Assembly: GCA_977017575.1 (NCBI GenBank)
Contig: CDRNVI010000053.1
Span: 1-64,000 of the forward strand
DNA from: Paramoeba atlantica
Taxonomy: Eukaryota; Protista; Discosea
Length of the DNA stretch: 64,000 bases
Direction of reading: 5' to 3'
Positions within the stretch are counted from its first letter, which is position 1. Each line of letters begins with the position of its first letter. This document shows, in pieces, positions 19,377 through 30,250 of this stretch. The notes below the pieces were generated by a model. It saw only the letters and a list, made by a program, of their open reading frames with translations, did not search any database and was not told where the DNA came from. The position numbers and the translations under genes were made by a program.

Positions 19377-21518
19377 ATGCAGAACTCAGTACGTGCGCTC
19401 CCGACGGGAAATCTGCCGAAAATTCCGTACTCCTTGCCCTCTCAAAAACTTTTTGCTACGGAATCTTCGGGTGCGTTTCGCCGTGAGTGGCTTCGCGGAC
19501 TTCCTGCGTATCGCCAATTCGTAGAGAACACGAAATATCTCCCCTCCCACGACGACTTTTGGAAATCAACGCCCTCTCAGGCAGTCACGGTGATTGCCAC
19601 ACGGATGAACTACCACGACATGCTGAACAGCGCAGCTACGGATGGCATCATGCCGATCGAGGGTTTACTGAATGCTCCCGGGTCCCCTACCCCCGATCTG
19701 ATCTATGACGACATCATGCGATGGAAAACATTTGATCGTATTCAAAAACCACCGGAGCAGCAATACGTCATGGAGGAGGTTGTTCTTAACCAGTTACTCG
19801 CGCGGGCCGCACATCACGTACTACTTGACCCGCTCTATTTCACCAAAGCCGAGCAGTTCTTTCGAAAAGTCGAGCAACAACAGAATGTGACACATGCCGG
19901 GTACAGTTGCTGGGCACTGATGTGTGTGGCAAGCGGAAGGCTTCGGGCTGCACTTGACATCTTAGCTTTTATGGATACACACGGTTTGAATTTTGATGGC
20001 CATGTTTTTGTACTGTGCATGAATCCCGGTGCTTCAAATTTTAAAGATCGTATTCGCGGTGGACCAAATGAACAGAAGGGGTTTGTACGACAACTTAGGC
20101 TGTTAAACCGACTAGAGTCGCTGTCCAGCACCCGAAAAGCCTCCGTGCCAGCTCTTCATGCGTTTTTTGTCATGTTCAATTTGACCCTTAATCATGTGGC
20201 AAAGTGGGAACTCATTCGCCTGGCAGTTGAGAATTCAAATCAGTTTCACTTTTCTCTCCGCACTGTGCTGTATGCATTTGAGATTGTGCGATACGAAGGG
20301 GCACGTCGGTGTGGTCCACTTACGATCCAGCGACTACTGATCCTATTCGCCAGGCATCAAAAGGCCGAACTCTGCTTAGATCTTCTGATTCGTGTGCGAC
20401 AAAACGAAATGCTGGAGGAGCACCTGAAAATGGCTGTACCCGTTGTGATTCCTTTGTCCACCAGGAGAGAAATATTGGGATACCTCATTCCTGAGACGTC
20501 AAAGAACGATATGCATTCCCTGGCGGCTTCGGACACATTCCAATCTACTTTGCGAGTAGATGAAATAAGTAGAAAAAATGAACATACGCCAGAGAACAAA
20601 GTTGGTGATGAGATTACAGTTAAAAATAAAGAATGTTTAAATTGGATCAGGAGGCTAATGTCTATAAACGATGACGATTTAGATTTAAACGCGTATAAAG
20701 AATACGCCAGACTTTTTCCCAAAGCCTCAGATATGAAAATATCATTCGATCAACTGATAACAGCCTCTTTACCGAGACCCTTCATTTCGAAAGATGGAGC
20801 GACTCATGGTAAATTACAAACAGAAAGGTTTAACATCACGAACACTCACAAAAAGAGCTTATCTCCACGAATGGTTTTTTTGCGTCATTTGCTTCCTTTT
20901 GCATCGCTGAAGCGTTTGCACGTACCCTGCGCGAAACCAAACAAAACAGTTCACATAATTGAAGGATCCAAGAGCGCCAAGAAACGCTCCGGACGTCGGA
21001 AACTGAAATTCATTGGATTGAAGGACAGCTTGAAGACACAGAAGAAAGCAGCGAGTAATCCCTCGAACAAATCAAGCGACGGCAATAAACCTGCAAGAAA
21101 AGAGTTGGTATCCGTAGAGCCGACGTACGGAACTGAAAACGAAAAAATGGATGAAAGTGTCACGAGTGAGAGCGGCATATTGGGTGAGAACATTTCGACA
21201 TCAGGAGAGAACGTCATATGTGAAGATCATCCAATGAAACCAAGTGTAGAGAAGAAATACAAGGGAACACCAACAACTACGAAGGATGCGCTTCGCTTAC
21301 AAAAAAAGCAATACGTCGAAGAAGTTCCGAGTCCCGAAAGTCCATTTCAGCAAGACGTGGTAAGGCGTGAGAGACTTGAGCGCGTACGACGCGACAAGGC
21401 CAGTAATCAAGACATAGCTCTTACGCAACAAGAGCAAGCCGTTCGAGAACTCCAAAGACAGGCCAAGGAGCAGGAAGAGAGGCGCCGCCGACTTCCCTCG
21501 GCCTGGATGCTTTCATGA
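19377..21518 (+). CDS. Hypothetical helical-repeat (PPR-like) protein, probably mitochondrial RNA-associated
   Basis: 713-aa ORF. YSCWALMCVASGRLRAALDILAFMDTHGLNFDGHVF resembles a PPR repeat; charged disordered C-terminal half. Confidence 0.6.
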   Translation: MQNSVRALPTGNLPKIPYSLPSQKLFATESSGAFRREWLRGLPAYRQFVENTKYLPSHDDFWKSTPSQAVTVIATRMNYHDMLNSAATDGIMPIEGLLNAPGSPTPDLIYDDIMRWKTFDRIQKPPEQQYVMEEVVLNQLLARAAHHVLLDPLYFTKAEQFFRKVEQQQNVTHAGYSCWALMCVASGRLRAALDILAFMDTHGLNFDGHVFVLCMNPGASNFKDRIRGGPNEQKGFVRQLRLLNRLESLSSTRKASVPALHAFFVMFNLTLNHVAKWELIRLAVENSNQFHFSLRTVLYAFEIVRYEGARRCGPLTIQRLLILFARHQKAELCLDLLIRVRQNEMLEEHLKMAVPVVIPLSTRREILGYLIPETSKNDMHSLAASDTFQSTLRVDEISRKNEHTPENKVGDEITVKNKECLNWIRRLMSINDDDLDLNAYKEYARLFPKASDMKISFDQLITASLPRPFISKDGATHGKLQTERFNITNTHKKSLSPRMVFLRHLLPFASLKRLHVPCAKPNKTVHIIEGSKSAKKRSGRRKLKFIGLKDSLKTQKKAASNPSNKSSDGNKPARKELVSVEPTYGTENEKMDESVTSESGILGENISTSGENVICEDHPMKPSVEKKYKGTPTTTKDALRLQKKQYVEEVPSPESPFQQDVVRRERLERVRRDKASNQDIALTQQEQAVRELQRQAKEQEERRRRLPSAWMLS

Positions 21519-21974
21519 GAGCAGAACGGAAGGGAACCACTCACGTTTAGAATAATGTGATCGTTCTTCTGACAATTATTCTTCTTCGTACGGTAAGAAA
21601 ACCCTGACCACACAATTTGTTACGCTTAGGCCGAATCTTTTGGTACATTCTTAAGCAATGACTTGCTATTTCTACACGGTACGAGTTAAAGTTTTGTGGG
21701 TGGTATGCAGACACCACATATGTACATACAGATATGTACATGTACATATCTTATACTGCGCCCATTCTTACGTAATTGTACGTATCTACTTATCTTACAT
21801 CCGTATGTCGTACACCTGACGTATGTATCGTACATCGCTAGTAAGACCAATGAGAATCTTAGTGAGCATTCGACGGATTTTCGAGTAAATGTTTTTTATA
21901 GTATGAACTTTTTAGCATCACAAAGCAGTACTCGACAAACGACGCACTGGGAGGCCAACAAATCGTAAATTTGG

Positions 21975-22799
21975 ATGAACGTCCGTGACATTGAAGGAAA
22001 ACATTTAGCATGGAAATGCTTCCTGCAACATGAACATGAAAACGTCCACACTCTCAGCACGTATACCTTAAATTGCAGTACTCCACCGGGTACCCATGAT
22101 TTTCATTTTATTAGAACCGGATATTGCGAACGTTCATTAAGCGATGACCTTTCGTGTGCTTGTAAGGTGTGCGACTTGAACTCGTCGTACTTCTGGAAAT
22201 CAGTGGAATCAGATTTCATATACGATTGGTATAAAAGCAATGATTCACGCCCAAAGAAATCTAGCTTTCAATTCCCCAATTCAGAAATTGTTTGCAACCA
22301 TCCTTGCAGCAGCCTTGTGACGTGTAACGCAAGTCAGGGAACAGTAGAGGTAGTAAGACAAAAGGTTTGCGATGATTTTCTTCACTCTTCTGGTTTTGTG
22401 CACTTCCTTGGATTTATTTCTCCCCAAAAAGAAGATAGGACATCATGCGAGGAAAGTGCAGCTCCGATCGTTCACTTCGCCGTAGCCCTGCGTCCTCTAA
22501 ATCCACTCCATACAAGGACAGAATTATATCTTGCGTTTCTCGCAGTCTCTCCAGTGTTCCGCTTAAGGGGTATTGGAACCAAAGCATTGGACTTATTTCA
22601 TCTCCTGGCGAAATATTTTGGTTGCGACAAAGCAAGGCTTCATGTGGTGAACGAACCGTCTATGATGTGGCTTGTCAGATTCTACGAGAGTAAAAACTTC
22701 AAAATCAGAAGGCTGATTCCGCGTTATTTTGAGTCTGGCCAAGATGCTCTTGAGCTAGTACTCAATTATGACGCACACCTGCCAAGACGCCGGATGTAG
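21975..22799 (+). CDS. GNAT-family N-acetyltransferase (RimI/NAT-like)
   Basis: LYLAFLAVSPVFRLRGIGTKAL (acetyl-CoA motif A), RLHV, LVRFYESKNFK, IPRYFESGQDALEL. Confidence 0.85.
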   Translation: MNVRDIEGKHLAWKCFLQHEHENVHTLSTYTLNCSTPPGTHDFHFIRTGYCERSLSDDLSCACKVCDLNSSYFWKSVESDFIYDWYKSNDSRPKKSSFQFPNSEIVCNHPCSSLVTCNASQGTVEVVRQKVCDDFLHSSGFVHFLGFISPQKEDRTSCEESAAPIVHFAVALRPLNPLHTRTELYLAFLAVSPVFRLRGIGTKALDLFHLLAKYFGCDKARLHVVNEPSMMWLVRFYESKNFKIRRLIPRYFESGQDALELVLNYDAHLPRRRM

Positions 22800-22906
22800 T
22801 CATTCAACTCAACAAAGAAAAGAAAAGGCTGCCAGCCACTTGCACCTTTGTATGGATAATCAACTGACTGTTGCATACTCACTTTCTTATGGCTTTTAGG
22901 GAAATA

Positions 22907-23877
22907 CAGTGGTTTCAGTTGATCTTGCCCCCCCCCTCGGAATTTTGATTTTTTTTATCCATTTTTGCTCATCTTTGCAGCATTGGAGAGACCTCGTTCC
23001 CCTAGCGAAGAGCTTTGCCGCCTTTTTTTCATAGAGACCCCCTGGTGCCCCCTGGGTGACCCGAAAGTTGACCAAAATAAAAAAAAAATGACATTTTTTT
23101 ATCATATCAAAAATTGGAACAAAAAACGGATTTTATGTCCAAAAGTTAACTCTGAAGGAAAAGAACTAGTATCCGGAAAACACTTTTTGAAGTCTATTAG
23201 GGACTGAATCACTTGTGTTGCACACTTTACGTTTTTCTTGAGGACGTTTTAGAATCTGAAAAGCTTTTTTAATGGCATCGGCGAGGGTAGCATGATTGTG
23301 GGGCTTAATTTTTTTCTTTATGATGCCGTTCATTTGTTTCCAAACATTTTCTATTGGATTTAAATCAGGCGAATTCGCTGGCCAAGACAATTGTTTAATA
23401 CGATATTTTATCAATTCACCTTTTGCCAAGTTATGGGTATAATATCCCCCAGTTTGTGGGATATTGGGGGATTGTCTTCTCTTTTGTCATTCCATCCTTG
23501 TACCTACTCCCCCTGTTTGGGGTTAGAGGGTCTGGTCTGCATAATGTAGAGATGTTGACTATATTAAATTAGGCGATAGGGATGGTACTAGACATAGAGC
23601 TTTCAAATTATCAATTTAGAACACTATTACTCGTACTTACATGTTCAAAATGTACAAAAAATCGGGAAAATGTGACAAAAAAAGGTTGTGTACACAGAAA
23701 ACGTCTAAAAAAACAGTGTTTTTCGGACCCAGGGGGCACCAGGGGGTCTCTATGAAAAAAAGGCGGCAAAGCTCTTCGCTAGGGGAACGAGATCTCTCCA
23801 ATGCTGCAAAGATGACCAAAAATGGATAAAAAAAACTCAAAATTCCGAGTGGGGGACAAGATCAACTGAAACCACTG
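22907..23877 (-). mobile_element. Tc1/mariner (IS630-Tc1) internally deleted DNA transposon, 971 bp, with 151-bp TIRs and TA target-site duplication
   Basis: TA-CAGTGGTTTCAGTTGATCTTG... at 22905 and ...CAAGATCAACTGAAACCACTG-TA ending 23879. TIRs 22907-23057 and 23727-23877 are near-identical; a transposase remnant lies inside. Confidence 0.95.
23166..23429 (-). pseudogene. C-terminal fragment of Tc1-type DDE transposase
   Basis: LSWPANSPDLNPIENVWKQM is the canonical Tc1 WPxxSPDLNPIE motif. No DNA-binding domain or first catalytic Asp is recognisable. Confidence 0.9.
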
Positions 23878-23960
23878 TATTAGTAATATGTGAATTTACA
23901 ACATATTTCTTCTCTGTCTTTTCTTCTTTTCTTCTTGTCTTTTCAACATTTCTCCACAAA

Positions 23961-24683
23961 ATGTGCTTCTACGGTATTCCATTGCCGGGTGAGTGCTCCG
24001 ATCATTCTCATCGGCGTCGGCTAGGGAAGGTAAAGGGTATGTCTCTTCCCCAGGAGGTTCAACTTTCACGCGTCATCGCAAATGTTTCGAACCCGGCACC
24101 CTCCTGGAACACATTTTTCATGGCATGTGAGTGGGCTGGGGTAGGCTGTGACGCCCAGTTGCAGGTAGAGCGCATTGATTGGAGCTCGAGTCGTTTAACC
24201 GCTACCGGACTCCTGCAAGGGACTGTTGCGTTAAATTTACTTCCAGAATCCGTCAGATCCTTTAATATTGGGAATAATGAGCTTGTAGGGATGCGGACCG
24301 ATTTAGATAGCCTTCCTCCCGGCTTAGTTAAGCTTGAGATGTATAGTAATCTCCATCATGGCCCACTGTCTCTCTCCGGGCTTCCGAATACTTTGCGAGA
24401 GTTATCATTCTCTCGAAACTGTTTTCACGGCACTCTCACGGTGGATACTGTCCCAACGAGTCTCCGGGTACTAGACGCGAGCTATAACAACTTCAAAGAG
24501 CTGATCGTCAAAGAACTACCAAAGTTGCTCCAAATCGACGTGGTGCAGAACGTGATGAAAGATTCCGAAGGGATTTCTCGTATTTATGGGGCGGACAGCT
24601 TCCTTGAACAAATAAGCATCGAGCCACAACGAATTGACTTTGGTGAAAAACAGGATCCGTTTTCTGACTCAATAGTTTTCTAA
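23961..24683 (+). CDS. Leucine-rich repeat protein
   Basis: N-cap CEWAGVGCD followed by about four LP(E/P/N)xLxxLxLxxNxxxG repeats. Confidence 0.85.
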   Translation: MCFYGIPLPGECSDHSHRRRLGKVKGMSLPQEVQLSRVIANVSNPAPSWNTFFMACEWAGVGCDAQLQVERIDWSSSRLTATGLLQGTVALNLLPESVRSFNIGNNELVGMRTDLDSLPPGLVKLEMYSNLHHGPLSLSGLPNTLRELSFSRNCFHGTLTVDTVPTSLRVLDASYNNFKELIVKELPKLLQIDVVQNVMKDSEGISRIYGADSFLEQISIEPQRIDFGEKQDPFSDSIVF

Positions 24684-24916
24684 CTCAATATCGCGTGATC
24701 TGGGTTTCCCAAGACAATGGGGGATTTAAAAGCGCCCAAAGGGTACGATGAAAGTCTTACTCAACAGGTCTTCCTACATGGACTCGTATTGTTAATTTAC
24801 TTTTTGTTTTTGATATCAATATTACCCAGGCTTCCTTAGAGTCAAAAGAAGGAAATCCTATGCCTGAAAAATAATCTTTGTAGTTAACCGATCGCATGTA
24901 CATGTAATCTTTAGTA

Positions 24917-26098
24917 ATGTTGCAGCACTCTGTAAGGGAAGCTACCCACCTACTTGTGTGGGCTCGTACGCATGGAATACGCTGGTGGAATCGCGTATGT
25001 ATTAAGAATGGAATTCGAGGACGTGGTCTATTTGCTACTCAAACCCTGCTGCCTCAAGATGTGGCGTTAGCTGTGCCACTGTCATCGTCCTTCAGTCTCT
25101 TGAATTTTGAACAAGACGGAGAGTTTCCTTTACGTGTGGAACCTGAGGACTTTGACCACACCTTGGCGTGGTGGCCAGACCTGGAGTGGGGCACTTTCGC
25201 ACTGATTGTGTGGCTGACGAAGGCTTACATCCAGCGCGACTCACGTTGTCTGAGCTACCTCAATGTGCTTCCAATTCCTGCAACCTCTGGGGGAGTCTTG
25301 ACACAGAAATCGGTGCGAGAAGATTTTCCAGTACTGCGTTCGATTGCACGCCAAGCGCAGAGTACAGCGGAGTACAAAGATGTGATAGCTCCCGTCGCAG
25401 CACAGTGTCGTCTGCCTCCTGAGGTGTTTAACGATTATTTAGTGTGGATGTACACAATGATACGTAGCCGTGCCCTGCCGATATGGTCACGTTCGGGGGA
25501 TGGGCATCCATCTTTCGCGAATACAAATTACGGAAGGAAACGTTCCGTAGAGCTATGCGGAACTAGTTCAGATAGTAACACGAGCGAGAGTCGTGGAGAT
25601 GCTTTCGCAATGTTTCCTTTACTAGACATGATGAACCACAGCGAAAACGCCTGCAACATGAGTATCGGATTTGCCGGGAAAGAGTTCACTACCCACTTCA
25701 CAGAAAGTGATCAAGAACAGAGTAGTGACTTTGTGATCGCGCAAGCCACAAAAGAAATAGCACCAGGCGAAGAACTCTTAGTAAACTACAACGAAAATTT
25801 TGGCTTTGATGGAGATCTGTTTGCCGCGTGGTTTGATATTCCTTTACACGACAATGTACAGACAGCCACGGCTCAGAAAGTCATGCGTTGGAATCGATCG
25901 GATAATAGCTCCATGCTTACGCCATATCGTTCGCAGAACGCTACAGAAGCTACTGGTGATAATGAACGTACTAGTGCAAAAAACTCTTACTTTGCGTCGG
26001 AAAACAATCCTGTACTCAGTCATACATTGTCCAAGATTGCCTCGGTCGATGATGAATACGATACCTATAATGAAAAAATGTGGTCACATGCAACGTAG
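24917..26098 (+). CDS. SET-domain lysine methyltransferase (Rubisco-LSMT/SETD-like class)
   Basis: GRGLFATQTL, MFPLLDMMNHS, ATKEIAPGEELLVNY motifs. Confidence 0.88.
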   Translation: MLQHSVREATHLLVWARTHGIRWWNRVCIKNGIRGRGLFATQTLLPQDVALAVPLSSSFSLLNFEQDGEFPLRVEPEDFDHTLAWWPDLEWGTFALIVWLTKAYIQRDSRCLSYLNVLPIPATSGGVLTQKSVREDFPVLRSIARQAQSTAEYKDVIAPVAAQCRLPPEVFNDYLVWMYTMIRSRALPIWSRSGDGHPSFANTNYGRKRSVELCGTSSDSNTSESRGDAFAMFPLLDMMNHSENACNMSIGFAGKEFTTHFTESDQEQSSDFVIAQATKEIAPGEELLVNYNENFGFDGDLFAAWFDIPLHDNVQTATAQKVMRWNRSDNSSMLTPYRSQNATEATGDNERTSAKNSYFASENNPVLSHTLSKIASVDDEYDTYNEKMWSHAT

Positions 26099-26657
26099 AA
26101 CCAGCATTCTGCTTTTTCATTGACCGACATTAACACACAAAGACTAGAAACTGTTTTAATGAGGGGTCTGGAGCACTCTATTTACCGGCTAGTAAGTACT
26201 AGTCATCCAGGAAGGATAGACGCTTTTGACAAGAGGTATTAGTAATTCTTTTTTAAGTTCTTCGTTAAATGAGGTGTTTGTTTTCAATTTAGAAGGCACC
26301 ACTGCTGCGCGCTTCGCGTTGAAAACTACTTCTGCGTTTTAGCGAAGCGCACAAAAAAGAAAACATTATCGAAAAGATGAAGAATAATTTATTTTTCTTG
26401 TACTGTATTACCGTGTCCCCCTTCATAATTTCACTGTTTTTGTTGACTTCTTCTTAATAATCGGAGGTAGAGCGGGACTTATACAACCACCACAATTTAC
26501 AGCTGTGCAACAGCTCATACTTTCTTACAAGTGCTTGAACGCGCGTAAGCGCTCACTGTCGTGGTGCGCTTAAAAAAAGTTGCTACACCTCATTCTCCAC
26601 TCTACACATATTCACTGCAACGAATTCATTTTTTTAAGCTATGTCACCATTTTCTTC

Positions 26658-28349
26658 ATGTTTCATGTGACTCCTCACACCCTACGCGCTGGAATTGAAC
26701 TCCCTCGCACCCTACCCCGACGCTACGGGTTCGCATCCTCCGCGGAGGTAGACATCACCCACGCCGTGCTGGACGCCTTGGGACGTGCACAACTTCAAAT
26801 TGGTACCTCCTTAGTCCCCCATCTCACCTACATGCTAGTCAGCGCAAAGCACAACGAGGCCCGACACGCGCACAGGGCGCTTCGATCGTGTCTGCGCAAC
26901 CACTGGGGGGCTCACCATTTAAACGGGATGGTTGCACTTAGCGTGGTCGCCCCTCGTCAGCTCGTTGCCGGGGGGTTTGTGTCCATCGCTGTGGCGCATC
27001 TCCCGGGAGCCCGTGTGGTCCCGCTGCGATCGTGGCAGGAGGTCGCGGCGTGTGGACGGGAAGGGGGCGGGAGTGCCACCGCCTTGCTGTTTTGTGACGC
27101 GCATATTGCCGAACGTGATGTTCGGTGGGCACAGCGAAGGTTGGAACGGTACTGTGAGCGGTTCCACAGGTGTGTTGGGGGGTTGGTCCCGACGTTTCAG
27201 AACCAACCCGGGATGTGGGTGATGAATGGGGCCAGGGAAGAGGGAGAGAAAGGTGCGGAGGAGCAAGAGTCGTGTGGTGAGGTGGCGGGAGTTGGATTTT
27301 GGGGTGGAGGGGTAGAGGTGGATGTCTCAGTGGTTCCGCCGTATGTGTCTTCTCCTGTCACAGAGGAGTCTGACACGGGAGAAAGTCCCCAGAAGAGTGT
27401 GGAGTGTATTGTTACGAAGGTGGATACCCAAGTCGTGGAGGATCCAGAGGCGAAGCTGGTAAGTGTGCTTACATCATCCAATACGGGAGAAAACATGCCG
27501 GCGTCGTTTTCCGAAATGCCCGTGATAGCAGAACTTGACGGAATTCCATCCCTCCAACGACTACAGAATCTTTTTCCCGAGGCACTTCCAGGAGATGTGT
27601 ACGCGAAAATATTGGATCCCATTTCTCATACGCAGTACCTCTGGGGGTCCAGAATGCCCGGTTCACCCGATTCAGTGCTTTGCCTGCAGCCTCTCCCGTC
27701 CACGTACGGCAAAACCATAAATGCGGGCTCCCGAATTATCTTGGGTACCGTTTCAAAGCAAACAGACGCTCACAACTGGGCGGGAGAAATCCTGAAAGCT
27801 GCTCGGTCCCGCGCAAAAAAGGACCAGTACGGATTTATCATTTCTAGCGATGCAGCTGAGGAAACAATGAAGAACGATACACGCAAACAAGCGGAACCCT
27901 TCTCTCTGTCGAAGGGAGGGAAAAATTCGGATGTAAAATCTGATGCGCAACTGTATGGGGTAAAAAACAATGTCGAAGAGAAAAATAGCATTTCTCCCAG
28001 TAGCAAAGGTGCTAGAGATGACGTTACACAGGCATTCACGAACGAGAACAGATTATGGTTATCTTTTTCTAACAAAAGCATGGATGATGTGCACAGCTGT
28101 TCAAGCCAATGGAATCTTGCCGTTCGATGCCTGATCGGGGGACCTGCTGATAATCGAGACGAAAATAAACTTGATAGGGCTGCAGTGATTAACAAAATGT
28201 TGTATCGGGGTCACATATCTAACCCCGGAGGAGTAAAATCCAGCTGTTTGTTCACTCCCGGCCAAATTGGGCCGCTTGTTTCCGGAGGCTTAGGAGATTC
28301 CCTCACATTTCTTCACACTCGAGCATCGGTCACGGCGTGTATATCATAA
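26658..28349 (+). CDS. Hypothetical protein (N-half loosely FIST-domain-like)
   Basis: Long ORF; first in-frame ATG at 26658. Alternating beta/alpha pattern with GGFVSIAVAHLPG and VGGLVP. Domain call is weak. Confidence 0.6.
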   Translation: MFHVTPHTLRAGIELPRTLPRRYGFASSAEVDITHAVLDALGRAQLQIGTSLVPHLTYMLVSAKHNEARHAHRALRSCLRNHWGAHHLNGMVALSVVAPRQLVAGGFVSIAVAHLPGARVVPLRSWQEVAACGREGGGSATALLFCDAHIAERDVRWAQRRLERYCERFHRCVGGLVPTFQNQPGMWVMNGAREEGEKGAEEQESCGEVAGVGFWGGGVEVDVSVVPPYVSSPVTEESDTGESPQKSVECIVTKVDTQVVEDPEAKLVSVLTSSNTGENMPASFSEMPVIAELDGIPSLQRLQNLFPEALPGDVYAKILDPISHTQYLWGSRMPGSPDSVLCLQPLPSTYGKTINAGSRIILGTVSKQTDAHNWAGEILKAARSRAKKDQYGFIISSDAAEETMKNDTRKQAEPFSLSKGGKNSDVKSDAQLYGVKNNVEEKNSISPSSKGARDDVTQAFTNENRLWLSFSNKSMDDVHSCSSQWNLAVRCLIGGPADNRDENKLDRAAVINKMLYRGHISNPGGVKSSCLFTPGQIGPLVSGGLGDSLTFLHTRASVTACIS

Positions 28350-28763
28350 AAAGTTTACAGATCAAGGATTGCGAGCTTATACCGTTCGTGGAATTATGGT
28401 AGCCTAGATAAAAAATCTGTAAAATATCTGTACCAAAAATATAAGCATTTGCACTAGTTGCCCCATTTCTTTTCGTTTTCTTTGATACGTTGTCGTCAGT
28501 TTTATAAAGTTTGGTCCGGCGTGATTTCAAACACATGTACATAAAATTAGTGTCAGAAGCTTGCCTTAAAAAATTACGTAATGCAATTATTTAATTCTTT
28601 ACAAGAAGCGGCCCCACTCTTTTACATTCTTTCTATATTTCCCGTACAGGAACGGTCATAAATTTGGTAAATGGTACATTGCACAAGTTTACAAGATTAA
28701 GTTCGTTTTAGAAAATAAGACAGGTCATTTATAGTTATAATAGAAAATAGACTGAACAAGAAA

Positions 28764-29747
28764 ATGTTCAGTGACGCGATGAGAAATTTGAGCCTTGCCC
28801 AAAATAACAAACAGGCAACTGAGTTAGAAAATGCCGCAGACAGCAATGACATAGACGAGATTCGAAGGCGCTATCGAGATCAACTTCGAGAGAATAATGT
28901 ACTTCGTGAAGCACTTCAGAATCTTGAAAAATACTATCTGGATACACTTCAAGAAACAGAAAAACGAGTATTATCTATGTTGCGTCAGCCCGACCATGAG
29001 GATGCAAGCTTAGGTGCCCCGATTGTGAATACGATAGCGATTCGAAAGGAAACAGTACAACATGGAAATGTAACGATGCCGAAACTTTCGTTCTCAAATG
29101 ACGTATTGCTCCCATGTAAACAAAATATACGTTCGGCTCGATTAGGAAACACATGGCAAAAAGCTGCACGCAACACGTCGGGCATAAATGAGGCTCCGAA
29201 TCCTCATTCCGATAATTTTTATGCTGCTAAGAAATCTCACTGCCACGTTGCAGCGAATCATGCCTTTCTCGCTGGTGCACTGACACAGAGATCACACCAA
29301 CCCAAAGTTTCTTCAATGGATCCCCACACAGGTTTCAGCACTCAGCAAGCGAAGAAAATGCAGTCACAATCATTTTACGCACCCACGCGAAAAGACAGAA
29401 CAAACTTAAAAGCTCCGAAAGTTCCACAACGCTCCGTGGAACAAGGATTTAATTCGACAGCTCGAAAGCCTGTCCCCGAATCTGGATATGTAAAAGACGA
29501 ATTAAAAGATAAGATAAACGCTCTCTCATTATCTAATATGAAAAAATCCTTCAATCCAATAAAGGAATCGGTCTCTAAAGACATACGTGGGACTCGAGAC
29601 TTGAGGGGAACAAATCTGAATTTGGGAACCTATGCGAGACCCACGATTACGAAATTGTATGATCGTCCGTGGCGCCAAAATTCCACATCAGTCTACTCAG
29701 GCGTGCACGCCGTAGGCATGAAAGACAAATTTCCTTCGAGGAACTGA
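28764..29747 (+). CDS. Hypothetical protein with N-terminal coiled coil
   Basis: 327-aa ORF containing IDEIRRRYRDQLRENNVLREALQNLEKYY. Confidence 0.6.
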   Translation: MFSDAMRNLSLAQNNKQATELENAADSNDIDEIRRRYRDQLRENNVLREALQNLEKYYLDTLQETEKRVLSMLRQPDHEDASLGAPIVNTIAIRKETVQHGNVTMPKLSFSNDVLLPCKQNIRSARLGNTWQKAARNTSGINEAPNPHSDNFYAAKKSHCHVAANHAFLAGALTQRSHQPKVSSMDPHTGFSTQQAKKMQSQSFYAPTRKDRTNLKAPKVPQRSVEQGFNSTARKPVPESGYVKDELKDKINALSLSNMKKSFNPIKESVSKDIRGTRDLRGTNLNLGTYARPTITKLYDRPWRQNSTSVYSGVHAVGMKDKFPSRN

Positions 29748-30250
29748 CATCCATCCCGATGACGGCACGGGAGATGCCAACGAAATTATCATACATACCT
29801 GCGATACCGAGAAGGCGGAGCTTTTCACCGCCACATCGCAGGGTCTAAACAAACTTGTATCTTGGACAGGTTCGCTTGCTGTATGTATACATGACGAAAA
29901 GCCAAGATATTTTAATTCTAGGCTTAGGCTAGCGCGTATTTCATGCTTACACCTTCAGCAGCACATGCAGTAGAATATCTACTGCATGAAGGACACACAC
30001 TGGTATTTAAGACATACTACAGTAGAGTGTAGTTTTTATAGATTCTCTCTGAAAATCAACCAGTCGACCACAGGGGGTGTGGACCGGTTTTTTAGTTTCT
30101 GTCCAATTTCTTTCCGTGCATTGATTGATTGAAACGTACGAGTTAATGGCATTACCACAAATTTGTAGTAATCCTTTTATACCAACGTCATGCAAACTAT
30201 TTCTCCACTTTTGCGTACTTAAACCCCACTTCCCTACCCCCTACTCCTTC

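Noticed and set aside
26309-26350. Small hairpin GCGCTTCGC...GCGAAGCGC followed by ACA (H/ACA-like?)
   Set aside because: It is too short, lacks a symmetric pseudouridylation pocket, and could be chance.
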